DNA from: Octopus sinensis
Lineage: Eukaryota
Assembly (NCBI RefSeq): GCF_006345805.1
Contig: NC_043000.1
Span: forward strand, 160,394,001-160,458,000
Length of the DNA stretch: 64,000 nt
Direction: 5' to 3'
Shown piece after piece: positions 40,845 to 56,831 of this stretch (its first letter is position 1; every line of letters begins with the position of its first letter). The notes below the pieces were generated by a model, which saw only the letters and a program-made list of their open reading frames with translations, searched no databases and was not told where the DNA came from. Position numbers and translations under genes: made by a program.

Positions 40845-41400
40845 GTCAATATTTCCATCAGGTTTGTTATTGATATACTAGTGCGTTCTTTTGGATGGGT
40901 GTCTGTCACTAGTTTTTCTTGAATCACCGATAGTGCTTCTACAGTTGGAATTTGGGTAAACAAACTCATCACATTTAGATTCATCATCTAGATGGATTGA
41001 AATGGGGGTATCCTTGATCAATTATGTGAAATGGGTGGAATTCTTGAAGTACGATGTTGATTACCGAGTTTGATCATTCAGTGTATGACATACTGAAACT
41101 CTACAGCTCCCTATAGGTGTTAATGGTACACTATCCCTGTGAATCTTTAGTTTACTGTAGTGTTGAATCAGTTGTCTGTACTTCATTGGTGTAAAGTGAT
41201 CCTTGTTCTTGATCAAGATCTGTGACAACTTCCTCTCTGTTATCAGAGCTGGGTCTTTCCTTATGTTGTTGTAGGTAGCATCACTTATAAGACTTGCTAA
41301 TATAAAAAATGTGCAAAATTCCTCATCTCTTAAAAATAGAACTGTTTTATCTGATTTATTTCGGTCTTTATTACCTTTAGACATTAGCATGCTTGTACAG
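40845..41400 (-). pseudogene. Penelope-like element reverse transcriptase fragment
   Basis: DATYNNIRKDPALITERKLSQIL...KLKIHRDSVPLTPIGS, then SLFTQIPTVEALSVIQEK and KERTSISITNLMEIL. These are PLE RT motifs (KDPT, PKIHK..PLRPIVS, SLFTxIP). Confidence 0.85.
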
Positions 41401-41529
41401 CAAGCCAAATTGCATGTTATTAGACTGAAAAGCTTGTAACAAGAGAGTCAGCAATAAAAAAATATGAAATATATCTTTCTAAATCATGGCAGAAAAGTAC
41501 ATTTAATAATCTAAAAGATCATATTCTAT

Positions 41530-41575
41530 TGCTGTTCTTGTTGTTGTTGTTGTTCTTCTTCTTCATCTTCGTCTT

Positions 41576-41646
<71 letters not shown>

Positions 41647-41670
41647 GCAATTATAATGATAATAATAATT
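41530..41670. repeat. (TTG)/(TTC)/(CTA)n trinucleotide run
   Basis: Directly visible. Confidence 0.95.
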
Positions 41671-41674
41671 TTTG

Positions 41675-41830
41675 CCACGAGGTCAGCATGGAGGGGTGAA
41701 TTAAGTCGATTGCTTGGCATCAGTGCGTAACTAGTACTCATTTAATCGGACCCGAAAGGATGAAAGGCAAAGTCGACCTCAGCGGAATTTGAACTCAGAA
41801 CGTAGCCGTAGATGAAATACCACTAAGAAT
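41675..41830 (-). mobile_element. Family-B SINE fragment
   Basis: Contains the core CCCGAAAGGATGAAAGGCAAAGTCGACCTC.GCGGAATTTGAACTCAGAACGTA. Confidence 0.85.
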
Positions 41831-41834
41831 TGCG

Positions 41835-42770
41835 CCCTGTATTTCTTTTTCTCGACATCAACACCCACATATTCTGCTACAACAATAATTGCTGCCTTCA
41901 TCAAATTGTTTGTTACTGTCATGTTTTTTGTTTTGATGTATTTCAGAATTTCATTCATATTTTTCATTTCTTGTTTCAATTTCCACCGACCAACATTTTT
42001 AAGGTTGCAAATAATATTGCTATCGTTCTCCTGTATTCTTGCTTATATTCTGTCGTAGATTGCCTTTGGCCCATCTGTCATGTCACCATTAGTTTTATTG
42101 TCTTCTACCAAATCATCTATATGTCTCTCATCAAGCAAGCTATCATTGTTTTTTTTCCTGTGGTTTATTAGAGATTTCACCTCTGTTTTCTGCTATGGAA
42201 TTAATTTTATCAGTAGGAACTGTATTTTCATCGTTTCCTCTGCTGCTATTTTCCAATAACCGCCTTTTGATAGCTTCGAGCTCTATTTCTGTGAACCAAC
42301 GATTTTTTCTTATTGCTCTAGCTTGATCACATAATCTTTGTTCTGTGAGTTGAAACAATCCTCTTTCTCTCCTTTGATCATACATACGTTGTCGTTATCC
42401 CCTAAGATGAGAACCATTTTCGTCTACGGGGTAACACTCTATGACCACAGCATTAATTTGTTTGTTCCATCTACGCCGTGTGTTCGCGTCCCTTGCTTGA
42501 TAATGACAGGCTGGAATCACACCAGTATTTCTGAGACTGCCGGGTGCAACACTTGCCATCAAGGGCTTCAGATTCATTGTCACCGTTATTCACAATATCA
42601 TGTTTTTCCATAGTCACTCATATGAAGTAACGATTATCAGGTTGCGCAATAACCAGTGTTTTTATTGTGACACCATCACAAGATGTATCATCAATCAGAG
42701 TATAGGCAGATTCCAACCGCTTCCTTTCATTATTATTTTTATCATCACTGATATTATAATTTTAATTTAT
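41835..42770 (-). pseudogene. Dong/R4-type LINE 5' region (N-terminal domain)
   Basis: [60 protein letters not shown] and NNLMKAAIIVVAEYVGV. A degenerate (TAA)n lies upstream at about 42825-42880. Confidence 0.8.
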
Positions 42771-42908
42771 TCACTATTTGCCATTGTTAATATTACCACT
42801 GATCCAACATGAGTTTTGACAAAATTCTTATTATTATCCTTATTATTATTATCACTATTATTATCATCATTATTACTTCCATTTATTATTAAAAGGTATT
42901 ATTATATT

Positions 42909-43132
42909 CTCTCTTTACTCTTTTACTTGTTTCAGTCATTTGACTGCGGCCGTGCTGGAGCACCGCCTTTTAGTCGAGCAAATCGACCCCGGGACTTATT
43001 CTTTTGTAAGCCCAGTACTTATTCTATCGGTCTCTTTTGCCGAACCGCTAAGTGACGGAGATGTAAACACACCAGCATCAGTTGTTAAGCGATGTTTGGG
43101 GGACAAACACAGACACACAAACACACACACGC

Positions 43133-43163
<31 letters not shown>

Positions 43164-43325
43164 TACGACGGGCTTCTTTCAGTTTCTGTCTACCAAATCC
43201 ACCCACAAGGCATTGGTCGGTCCGGGGCTATAGCAGAAGACACTTGCCCAAGGTGCCACGCAGTGGGACTGAACCCGGAACCATGTGGTTGGCAAGCAAG
43301 CTACTTACCACACAGCCACTCCTGC
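42909..43325 (-). mobile_element. Family-D (CORE-like) SINE
   Basis: Near-identical to 24796-25202 and 51944-52354. Confidence 0.92.
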
Positions 43326-43849
43326 GCCTATATGTTGCTTAGTTTCAACTTTTGCCTTGTACTTGAGATAATCATAAACATGTGAGGGTTTACGGGAATA
43401 GTAGGAGCAAGAGAAACAGTTTGGTGAATAGATTAAAATCAACAGGTCTGTAGCTAGATTCGACAGATGGTGAAGAGATCAGAAATGGGCATTCCTGTGC
43501 GATAAGCAGACAAAAGAAGCCTCACACAAAGAAGTTGCTGACTCGATATAGGATACTCCTATGTCCTGTGTCCCTAAAAGTGACACAGACAGAGTGTATG
43601 TATCAAGAAAAATAGGGAGAAGACTGATTGGATGCGAACACAGCATTAGAGTAGAAGACTTGGAAGAAATGATGAAGACGTTGACTCACCTCACCTAGAT
43701 GGGTGCTGAGTAGAAACTATTGTTGATGTATCAGATGGAGACTGAAAATGTCTACATCGGATCCGTCTTCTGCTCCCACCAAACTGTCGTGACCTGGCCC
43801 AATTCATGTCAGGGGAGAATGGAACGCTTTCTGTTCTTGAGAGGCAAAC

Positions 43850-44390
43850 TTTCTGAAGAGGCTCTTCCGGGCATTCTATTTCAATCTCCTTCAGCCATTT
43901 GTCTATATTTTAGCTTAATCTTCCAAACTCACCAAGTGTTATAGGTACGACATTTACTGTTCTCCCTATTTCAAATTTTAAAGGATTGTCTTTTTTTTAC
44001 AATCCTGGAATCAAAGGGGCATGATGGGTCGATAGGTAAGCAACTTCACTTTTCCTTATCTATGTTTGTAATATCTGGCCTATTACTTTTTAACTTCTCG
44101 TCTGTTGTGTGAAGAGTCAAGTCCCACAAAATCTTACGATTCTCCGACTCTAGTACACTTTCGACTCGATGATTTTGCTATGCGTTTCAAGATTCAAATC
44201 CCCATTTCTGGCAAAGTTTCCAGTGTAAAACTTTTACAACCTGGTCGAATCTCCATTTCCTATATACTTCCTGTGCTTAACGTAGGGCATTCTACCCCAA
44301 TATGTGCCACTATCTCGTTCCAAGTTCCACAGACTCTATATTCTTCTGACAAATTCTCGCCGTATATATCTTTTTCTTCCATATATATTT
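43850..44390 (-). pseudogene. Second R4/Dong-type LINE 3' fragment (restriction-like endonuclease)
   Basis: VLESENRKILWDLTLHTTDEKLKSNRPDITNIDKEK*SCLPIDPSCPFDSRIV matches ILWD..IxTD..I.xRPDI..D..ID..CP.D. Confidence 0.8.
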
Positions 44391-44407
44391 TCCATATATA
44401 TTTTTTA

Positions 44408-47095
<2,688 letters not shown>

Positions 47096-47096
47096 C

Positions 47097-47199
<103 letters not shown>

Positions 47200-49135
47200 C
47201 CTCTATTGATGGTGATGATGATGATGAGGAGGATAACGGTGCTGTGGTTGTTGCTGCTATTGTTATCTCACAGCTATTTATTTACGGTAACAGAAGCAGC
47301 TTAATCAAATGTATGTATGAAATTATTCCTTTGTAAGAAGGAAACAAAGGCTTATAATAACTAAAATGTATGAGGCTACTTAACAGAATTACACAAAAGT
47401 TTAAACATATCTATAAATGGAAATCTTAATTGCAACGGCCAAACTATAAACATGACGTAAGATGTGCTTGAAAGATTGCGGAAGTGAAAATACACGCAAA
47501 AGATACAAGAAATTTCCTCTTCCAAATTATTCAGTTGTGTTCTGCTTGTTACACTCCACATACAGCGACCTCCCTTTCTTTAAGACACAGCATTAGTCAA
47601 AATTAAAAGACACTAAGCCTATAAGTTTATCAACCTACCAAATCAAATGCAGTTGACTGATGAAATATTTTCCGTTAGAGATTTACTTGTCAAAAGAGCG
47701 ATAGACTTCGAATATTCAGAACTAAATTTAGCATCGAGAAACAAGAACCTAATGTATTTATAATAATGGAAGAAGTTTTGAAAATTCATGTTCTTTTTGC
47801 TCCGAATATTGTGGAGCTTCTCTTGTGTGTGTATACAGACATAATTAAATACATGCATGCATGCATACATAAACACATACATACGTTCATAATACTTATA
47901 TGCAAACATAAATACATACATATAACTGCATGTAATACACACACACACACGCACGCATACGCGCACACATTAATGAATGGCGAAATCAAAGACCCTCTAG
48001 TTTGAATGTTTAGTAGAAGGCTTAGAACGTAATGGATTGCAATTGAATCCCAAATGATAATGAGAGATTTGGAATTGGGTGCGACAAAGATCTTCTAAAA
48101 GTGGATTTCAAGGTGTTCCCAATGACATTTGTTTCTTCTATTAATGCTAATGGATTCCGCGGCAAAATGAGGTGAGTCCCTTCGCCACGTGACAGGGCAA
48201 CGACAAAAACTTAATTCACATACGTTTGTCTGAATTGGCATTCTTAATAACCGATCGATCCTTAAAAGCTTCTAAAGATTTTAAGCTTCATTTGCCGGAG
48301 AAAAACGGAGAGCCTCACGTATGTCCACACTAAGTTACATAGAAGCAAGTACAGAAGATAGGAAAGTCTATCAAAGATTGACTGTAAGTGCGTATCGACT
48401 CAGAGTGTAGCATTACCACGAAGAGCAACGTGAATGAGTTTCTCAGGTCAGCAACGCCCCCCCCCCCCCTACTACAAAAAAAAAAAAAGAAAATTACCAG
48501 CTGCTTATTGGGATGCAAAGTTTTAAAATATGAAAATAAAATTACGTCTTCCCTTATAGAACTTACTCGTAATAACCTTTCACACACATGAAATCTGTTG
48601 TGTTTTTACGTTGGTGTCTTTACCTGTTTTCGAATATATCCCGTTTTAAAATTGTGTGAAAAAGAAAAAAGAAACAGTAACACTAGTAGACACATTCTTG
48701 TATTATATTTTCGAGATTTTCATATTTCAGGAATAGGATATTTTAGAGTTTCAATTTATAAGATTATGGTATTCATGATCGTGTGTTTCGGAATTATAAT
48801 CCAGGTATCAACCTTAAAAAACTTTACTTGCTGCATTTATAATTTCCTTTAATCAGGTAGGGTAGATGTTCCTGTCTTTTTTGTTTTTATTTTTAATTCA
48901 GTAAAAGTCAGGTTTAAGACGTTTTCTTCGTATTTTATCACCAAGTCTTACCTTGGCAGGTGATTTCGATAGGACGATTTATGGAGATAATAAAATTCAT
49001 TATATTTAACTTTATTTCGCCAATTCCTTTATTTCGATCCTTAGAATTATTTAATATTTCTGAAATAACTCTTTTTGCTGCTTTGCATATCTTTTGTCTT
49101 GAAAATCATACGACATGTTTTCAAACATTTTGCTT

Positions 49136-49240
49136 TGCTATGATTGGTTGTTTACTCTATCTTACTCGTGTTATGATTGGTTGTTTACTCTATCTTACTC
49201 GTGTTATGATTGGTTGTTTACTCTATCTTACTCGTGTTAC
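49136..49240. repeat. 33-bp tandem repeat, about 3.2 copies
   Basis: Unit TGTTATGATTGGTTGTTTACTCTATCTTACTCG. Copies 2 and 3 are identical; copy 1 has one substitution. Confidence 0.95.
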
Positions 49241-49675
49241 GACAATTTTCGTCATGTTCTTTATTATATAATTTTTGTTGTTTTTACGTTTAGAATGCAT
49301 CATTTTTATGTTAAAAATTCTTCGTCTAAAATTTCAATTTTGATATCTAATATATATATATTTTTTTTTTTTTACTTTGAGAATGTGCTTTCTTAAGTCA
49401 GATCCTTCTTTTTGCTACCTCAATTTACGACTAGTTCTGAGTTATTTTTTCTGCGAATTCTTTAAGAGTATATTGTCGTAATTTTGTTTTGAAATCAATG
49501 AAACACTACAACGTGTATGTAAAACGCCGATGTGTTCCTCTTCTGTTTATTGAATATCACTTTTGTTTTATTTGCGAGACTGAAACACTGGAATCCAGCC
49601 ATTTATTTGCATTGTCAACATTTACGTCGGACATTTTCTATATTTTTCTGTAGACTTACCGATTAATTTCAAAGT

Positions 49676-49975
49676 ATTAAGTTGTTCAGAAAATAATGGC
49701 CGATTTCAAAAATATAATTTCTTTCTGGAAAAATTAACAATAAAAATGTTTTGATTAATCAAAGTATGAGGCGTGAACATCTATGCATCGAGATTATGTT
49801 TGCTTCGTTCATAAAATTTAGTGGCTTTACTGCTAAGAAATCTTTGAAAGCCGATTCCACCTCTGGTTTGGATCTGAAAGTCTTATAATTTAAAAACGTG
49901 ATTAAATGCTTTAAAAATGGAAGTCAGAAGAATATGGAGGATGCGGCAAAGTCTCATATCCCAAGTGTATGAGTT
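49676..49975 (+). pseudogene. Mariner 5' relic
   Basis: TIR-like AAGTTGTTCAGAAAATAATGGCCGATTTC. FKNGSQKNMEDAAKSHIP resembles FKxG..LED..RSGRP. Confidence 0.5.
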
Positions 49976-50460
49976 TGCGCAGCATCATTCTTGCAACATG
50001 TGGCCTTGAATTATCGTAGAGTAGAATTGCGCCACAACGCTTCGCAAAGTCTCATTTTTTGCAAGTGAACATGCATTTCAACGACTTGATTGCAGTAAAC
50101 CTTTGTTGTAATGCGCCGATTAGCTTCCGGAAAGCTGTAATGGACAACACCAATTGCAGACCACCAGGCACTCACCATTATCTTTTGCTGATGCAACTTT
50201 GACTTTGGGAAATTCTGGGGGATGACTCATCACAATCAAGGCATTGACCTGATCGTCTCCGGTTATCATAAAGGATCCACTTTTCGTCACATTGACGTGA
50301 GTTTTGTTCAACAATTATTTTCAATTATTCATTGCGAAAACTGCATGATCGTCATCTACCTTCTCCATCTTCATTGCTCTCATTCCTACTACGGAATTTC
50401 TGAAACCACCTTCGCACTCTGCGATCACTTGTGGACTTCTCTCCCCATACTCTGTTGATA
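49975..50460 (-). pseudogene. Mariner (Hsmar/Mos1-like DD34D) catalytic-domain relic
   Basis: NVTKSGSFMITGDDQVNAL (VTxDEKWILYDN equivalent) and HQQKIMVSAWWSAIGVVHYSFPEANRRITTKVYCNQVVEMH. Confidence 0.82.
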
Positions 50461-50764
50461 TTGGCAGCAGTTTGGGAGGCATTGTATCAAAGCAAGAAAA
50501 GTAAGCGAAGGCCCTTTTTTGTCATGTTCATGATTTAAGGGCGCTTATACTTCAAGAATGTTTTATGTCTGAAATAAGTAGAAAATTATTAAAGAGCATA
50601 TATAAATTATCGAGTATGACGAAATTCACACAAATATGATCAAAATACTGAGATAAAATTGCGTTTCAAAGCACACCACTTGGAGTGGCCATTATTTTCA
50701 GAACAACCAATAGTAGTTTCTATTTTTATTTAGGATAATATTAGTTTCTATTTGCATTGTTTAG

Positions 50765-50768
50765 CATT

Positions 50769-50820
<52 letters not shown>

Positions 50821-50845
50821 GATGCTGCTGCTGCTGCTGCTGCTG

Positions 50846-50881
<36 letters not shown>

Positions 50882-50963
50882 ATACTACTACAAATACTAC
50901 TACTACTACTACTACTACTACTATTACTGCTGCTACTACTACTACTACTACTACTACAACAAA

Positions 50964-50998
<35 letters not shown>

Positions 50999-51119
50999 TT
51001 ACTACTACTACTACTTCTACTACTACTACTACTACTACTTCTTCTACTACTACTACTACTACTACTTCTACTACTACTACTACTACTACTACTAATAATA
51101 ATAATAATAATAATACTAT

Positions 51120-51158
<39 letters not shown>

Positions 51159-51260
51159 ACCAACCCCAACGTCACAACCACTTCTACGATTACTTCTACT
51201 CTAACACCAGCACCATTTCTACTACTACTACTACAACTATTTCTACTACTGCTGCTGCTG

Positions 51261-51305
<45 letters not shown>

Positions 51306-51345
51306 TTATGTTGCTTCTGTTGCTGCTGCTACAATTACTGCTACT
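50765..51345. repeat. Compound (ACT)n/(GCT)n/(AAT)n trinucleotide array
   Basis: Directly visible. It explains the poly-T and poly-L ORFs. Confidence 0.95.
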
Positions 51346-51529
51346 TTATCATATTTACAGCTATTTTAACGAGATTCAACTGCATTACAAGATACAGCTC
51401 TAGTGAAGTGTATGGTGTTTTATTTCTAAGCAGACATATTTCGTATAAAACAAGTTTTGTTTTCCAGTGCTATTTGATTAGTTTTTCTCTGGTGTTAAAG
51501 TAGTTTTTGTATGGTAGTATCTATCCTAG

Positions 51530-51740
51530 GGTAAGGCGATGAGGTGGAAAAATCGTTAATGCACAGGACACTAAGTCTTAGCAATATTTTATTCAAATAT
51601 TTTACGTTCTGAATTCAAATACCACCGAAGTCAACTTTGCCTTTCATCGTCTTGTAATCAAGTACCAGCCAAGTGCTGGCGTCGATGTAATCGGCTTACC
51701 CTGCTTCTACATTTGCTGGCTTTGCGCTATAATTTGAAAC
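51530..51740 (+). mobile_element. Decayed family-B SINE
   Basis: TAAGGCGATGAG.TGG.AAAATCGTTA...TTCAAATACCACCGAAGTCAACTTTGCCTTTCATC. Confidence 0.75.
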
Positions 51741-51943
51741 CACTATGTGCCTTCAAGTGCTTTTACTGTCTGTAGGTGTGAAAACTACATTCTATAACGT
51801 TTCATTTTCTCAGATTGTATGGTGTTATTTAGAGATCGGTTTCTATATCTGGTAGATATAGAAACTAATGACATGTATTCTTTCTCTCGAGTTTACATTG
51901 ATGAGAATAGTATGTGCAATGTGAATAATGTTGTTCTGTTGTG

Positions 51944-52354
51944 TTACTCTTTTACTCTTTTACTTGTGTCAGTCATTTGACTGCGGCCATGCTGGAGCAC
52001 TGCCTTTAGTCGAGCAACTCGACCCCAGGACTTATTTTTTGTACGCCTAGTACTTATTCTACCGGTCACTTTTGCCGGACCGCTAAGTGACGGGGACGGA
52101 AACACACCAGCATCGGTTGTCAAGCAATGTTGAGGGGACACACACAAACACACAAATATATATACACACACACATATATATATATACATATATTCGATGG
52201 GCTTCTTTCAGTTTCCGTCTACCAAATCCACTCACAAGGCTTTGGTCGGTCCGAGGCTATAGTAGAAGAAAGCTGCCCAAGTTGCCACGCAGTGGGACTG
52301 AACCCGGAACCATGTGGTTGGTAAGCAAGCTACTTGCCACACAGCCACTCCTGT
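51944..52354 (-). mobile_element. Family-D (CORE-like) SINE
   Basis: Full-length match to 42909-43325. Confidence 0.92.
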
Positions 52355-52499
52355 GCCTATAGGTCATGTTTTTTTCATATATGCTACGTGATTGCTTTTA
52401 TGTGTGATAGAGTTACGGGTGTTTATTTTAAATTCGTACTGCGTCATATAAATAGGTGGACGTTGTGTATATTGAGTTGTTTGTGTCAGAATATCGGAT

Positions 52500-53085
52500 A
52501 TCAATTGTTTTAAACTTCATGAGATATTTTATTAAAAGCCGATTACTTTGAGATGTCTGGTGTTTTACTTAGGGGTAGATCACGTTATTTGCACAAAATG
52601 TACTGTGTGCCTTATGCTCTGAATTGTATGTCTTCTCCGCGCTATACTTGACAGAGTTCAGTCCTTTCTGCTTTGTATAATGTGCCCTTGGCTCGATTTG
52701 TTCTTGGTCATTTCTTTCATCACAGTGACTTAGTTACTGCTGGCAGTGCTTTTCAATTCAACATTATTAGATTTCAGACATTTTGTTCCTAAATTTGATG
52801 ATTATATCGCGATATTTTAGTGAGATCTCGCTATCAGTCTACTCCTGTATAGAGTAGATGATTTTGTCCAAGTAATTTTCCGGTACCTTGTTTCGCATTT
52901 ATTCATAGCATTTCATATCCTTTTTCAATTACAGTGTAAAATGCATTTTGCGACTCTCCGGACAGCTTCTGAGGTTTCGGGTTTGGAAAGGATTCCATAG
53001 CCGGAAATAATATGATCAATTTTCTCATTGTACTTTTTGCATAGTTTACACTGTATTAGCATCATTTCTCGTTACTTCAATTCTG
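52500..53085 (-). pseudogene. Highly decayed R4/Dong-type LINE 3' fragment
   Basis: CKKYNEKIDHIISG and TDREISLKYRDIIIK resemble C..C..ETIDHIISGC and TDREI..NRPDIII. Confidence 0.55.
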
Positions 53086-53109
53086 TGATTATTTGTGTCG
53101 TGCAGTTTT

Positions 53110-53530
53110 TTTTATCTCTTAATTGTTTCAGTCATTAGACTGTGGAATGCTAGGGTACCGACATTAAGAATCTTGTTTTGGCCAAATGAATCGACACCTG
53201 TACAATTTTTTAAAGCTTTATGCTTACTCTATCGATTTCTTTTCATAAACCACTAAGTTACGGGGACATAAACACACCAACACCGGTTGCCAAGCTGTAG
53301 TTGGGAGATAAACGTAAACACAAAGATACGCACACAAACAACACGCGAGCGCAAGCAGGCACACACACACATACGAAGAGCTTCTTTCAGGTTCCCTCTA
53401 CCAAATCTACTTGCAAAGATCTGGTCGGTCCGAGGCTATAGTAGAAAACACTACTTGCGCAAGGTGCTACGCAGTGAGACTGAATCGGAACCCTGTTACT
53501 CAGAAGCAAATTTCATGCCATACAGCCACG
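53110..53530 (-). mobile_element. Older family-D SINE
   Basis: CTAAGTTACGGGGAC.TAAACACACC, GGTC.GAGGCTATAGTAGAA.ACAC and CAAGGTGC.ACGCAGTG.GACTGAA. Confidence 0.8.
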
Positions 53531-54289
53531 TCTGGTGCATATATGATCATTGGCTTAGGAGATAACAAAACCACTTACTTATGTTTTTAACACAGACCTC
53601 TTAAGAAGCGTTTGCTTTCAACCTGGTTTACATTTTCTCTGCAATGTTTTGCATAGTTTTCGCAGAGAGCGAATTTCTCTGTTTTTCTTATTCTATATTT
53701 TTGAATTCTGTTTCCGTTTAGATCTAAGTACGCCATCACTATATATAGGTTCCATTGATCCGTTAGATAAAGAAATTGTTCTTTTTCTCTTTGCTTTTAT
53801 GACATTAATCGGTTTCACTTTGCTTCCCGAAATTTTTCTCGTTCCATTTTTTCCCTTTACTTTGTTAAAATTTTCTTATTATTATCAAGCCTCATCCTTC
53901 ATCTGTATAGATTAGCTTTATACTGAACGTATGAATTTGTTTATGGTGCGTTCAGAAAACTGTCAGTAATTTCTTTTTTCTGTTCTTCAAATTACAAGCT
54001 CTTCAGATAACAAACAATATCTTAAAATTAAAATAGTGAGTCGAAGAATTATTTGCTGCCAGGCATTGGTCTTCTAGCGCAAAAATCATTCATTATGTTA
54101 CAGCTGTGTTTACACCTGCAGCAGCAAAAGTATTTCTAACTATTATATATTTTTCTGACATAATATTTTGTGTTAAACATTTGTTAAATTTCTTTCATTC
54201 TTGTATTTTATGTATGTGGTAGGTTCCGTTGCGATGGTTTTATTTGCTTTTGGCAGTCAACTTTGTAAATTTGTGTCTTATTTTCAATG

Positions 54290-54430
54290 ATTATCATTGC
54301 GGCAAGCGAGCAGGATCGTCAACACACGGTGTAAAATGTTTCATCCCTTTTTACATTCTGAGTTCAAATTCCGCGGAGGTCTGCATTGCCTTTAATCATT
54401 TTAGGGTCGATAAAATACGTACCGATTTTC
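54290..54430 (+). mobile_element. Decayed family-B SINE fragment
   Basis: CTGAGTTCAAATTCCGCGGAGGTC.GCATTGCCTTTAATCATTTTAGGGTCGATAAAAT. Confidence 0.7.
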
Positions 54431-54711
54431 AACCATGGTGATGATGCTCCCCCACTACTTCTGCTCTTGAACAGAGATGCACATATCGTCGGCCACTAAT
54501 GGGAATGCTCAACTGCTTAAGGTCATGGAACTGACCCGCAAAAGTGTGATATTGAGCAGAATATTTGCTGTAGCCTATCTTTTACACCAAGTCAAACAAT
54601 ATATCAAACAATATACAGGATATTTCCACTCAGTTAAGATGAGAAGCCATGAGAGAAACTGCCTGGTACGGCATAAGGTCATTCATGATTATCATTATTA
54701 TTATTTTCATT

Positions 54712-56745
54712 ATTCAGTAGCCTATTTTTACCACGTGCTTTCACTGAACTACCGAGCACAGCTCTTTGTTCCTTGGATATGTGGTGTGGTTTGTCGTGGT
54801 GCTCTTATTTACACTGTACTGAAAGTATTTTACGTAAGATGTGTGTGATACCTAGTTGTGCATTTTCTGTATGTTATATAGACTTGCAAGTCCTCGTGTT
54901 TTTGCTAAGTATTTGTATAAATATTATTTTATCATACCTAGTGAGCCTACTATAATAGGGGCTGTTTCTACTTTTACGCTCCACAATCGAATTACCTCTG
55001 TTTCCAGATCTATGTATTTTGAAAGTTTCTCCATTTCTTTTAGAGAAACATAGTCATCTGTTGGTATTGATACATCGATTAGACAGCAATTTTTTTCTTG
55101 GTGACTCTATCCGGCCTATTAGCCTTAATTTTAATAGAGTGAGTACTAGCATATTCCAGAGTATGATTTCTTTCTCATTTTCTGTAACCTTCTCTGTTGT
55201 GTGCTTATACCATATTTTTTCTATTCTTATGCCAAAGTGTTGTCATAGCTTCTAGTGTGTATAGATCACAAATCTGCCGTATCTGTGAATATATTCCTTC
55301 TTAGCCAGTTCTGGGCAGCCAGAAACAATATGATTGTTTCTTCTCCATCTCCACATGTTCTGCAGTGGCTTGTATTTCATTTCATCAGATATTTGTGGCA
55401 ATTTTTGGTGGGAAGTCTTTGATCTTGTGAGGTAATTAAAAATCTTTTAGTCTGTGATTCGACTCATGAGCTTCTCAGCCATTGTTGGGATTTTGCTTTG
55501 CCAAAACAGTATTTGCCATGAAGAGGCTTTTCTTGCCATCGTTTTATCTTCATCTGTTGCACTCCTGTTTTAGTTTGGATTTCAGTTGTTTTGCAGGTTT
55601 TGTTGCTTCTTCTTTTTCTTCATAGTTGTTTAATACTATTCCTTTTTGCATTTTTCAGCATCCTTAAAGACTGAAACATTTTTTGTTTTGTTCGTGCTTT
55701 GGGGATAGTTTGTTTTAGTTTTCATTGCTTCTGTAGTGGGTATTTCTGTAGTCCGATGATGGTTATTTTTTAATAGTTTTCTAGCTTTATATGGCCTCTA
55801 CCCACTTCCATTCGAAGTATATAATCTGTCTATATCAGATTTTGTGTGGTGCATCCTAAATCCTGTCATTACTGTTCTTGTTTTCCTGTCTATTTTGATT
55901 AGCTCATTTAAAGTTCAATTAAGAATATTGTAGTTGTAACTTGTAACTGGAACGGCTAGAGTGTTGGTACCTATTATCTTGTTTTTCGCATTGATCTCCG
56001 TTTTCAGTATTAATATAACTTGTCTATAGTATACTTTTCTTAACTTAATTGTAGTCTATAGTATACTTTTCTTAACTTTAATTTGTGTGTGCTGTTCATT
56101 GATTCCTAAGTATTCGTGTGTCTGGCTTTGGTCTAATTCTCTTATTTCATTTGCTTCATCTAATGTGATGTTGATACTCTTAGCTAGCTTTCCTCTTTTC
56201 AAGTTTGTTTTGTCACATTTCTCTAAGACATTTCTCTATGTTTGTTTCTTCGGTAAATCCGCGTGCTGTAAGTAATGTTTCCTGCTGTTTATGATTTGTA
56301 GAGTTCAGTTTTAGGTCATCCAAATATAAGAGGTGGCTGATTGTTCTGTCGTAGTAGTTGTATCAACATCTAGTCCTACTTAGCATGCCAGATAAATTTG
56401 TCAGTACCAAGCAGAAAAGGGGTGGAGAGAACGTGTCTCCCTGGAATATTCCTCCTCTAATGGGGATAACCCTGGATTTTATGAGTCTTTCTTATGTATG
56501 GAGTTGTAGCGCTCTCTGCCACTTATTCATGGAATATTTTATATAGATTTTATGATTACTGGTACTACCGATTTCATGGTTATTCGTTTTAGGATCCATG
56601 TGATCCATGTGTGGGGAACACTATCAAAAGCCATTCAGTAATCGATCCAGGCCATACTTAGACGCAAATTCTTTCTGACTTGAGTTATGGCTTTATTGAT
56701 CAGTAGCGAATTTTTACAGCCGTATGAGCCCTTGCAGCATCCCTT
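54712..56745 (-). mobile_element. Second, more decayed copy of the Dong/R4 family at 44522-47095
   Basis: Collinear with 44522-46600 (3' UTR GTGCTTTCACT.AACTACCGAGC.CAGCTCT, GAAAGTTTCTCCATTTCTTTTAGAGA, CCCTGGAATATTCCTC.TCTAATGGGGAT). (TAA)n-like runs at about 54690-54712 and 56745-56830. Confidence 0.92.
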
Positions 56746-56773
56746 ATTATTATTATTATCATCATTATTATTA

Positions 56774-56831
<58 letters not shown>

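Noticed and set aside
43670-43745. ATGATGA...hairpin...GAAAC hammerhead-like arrangement
   Set aside because: C3 is mutated, stem II is out of register and there is no stem I. Too degenerate to call.
50752-51403. Poly-Thr / poly-Leu ORFs resembling a mucin
   Set aside because: Pure (ACT)n/(GCT)n microsatellite with no flanking coding context or splice support.
56022-56078. 25-bp direct repeat with a spacer, superficially CRISPR-like
   Set aside because: Only two copies, inside a Dong LINE in a eukaryotic genome. It is a local slippage duplication. No CRISPR array was seen in the window.
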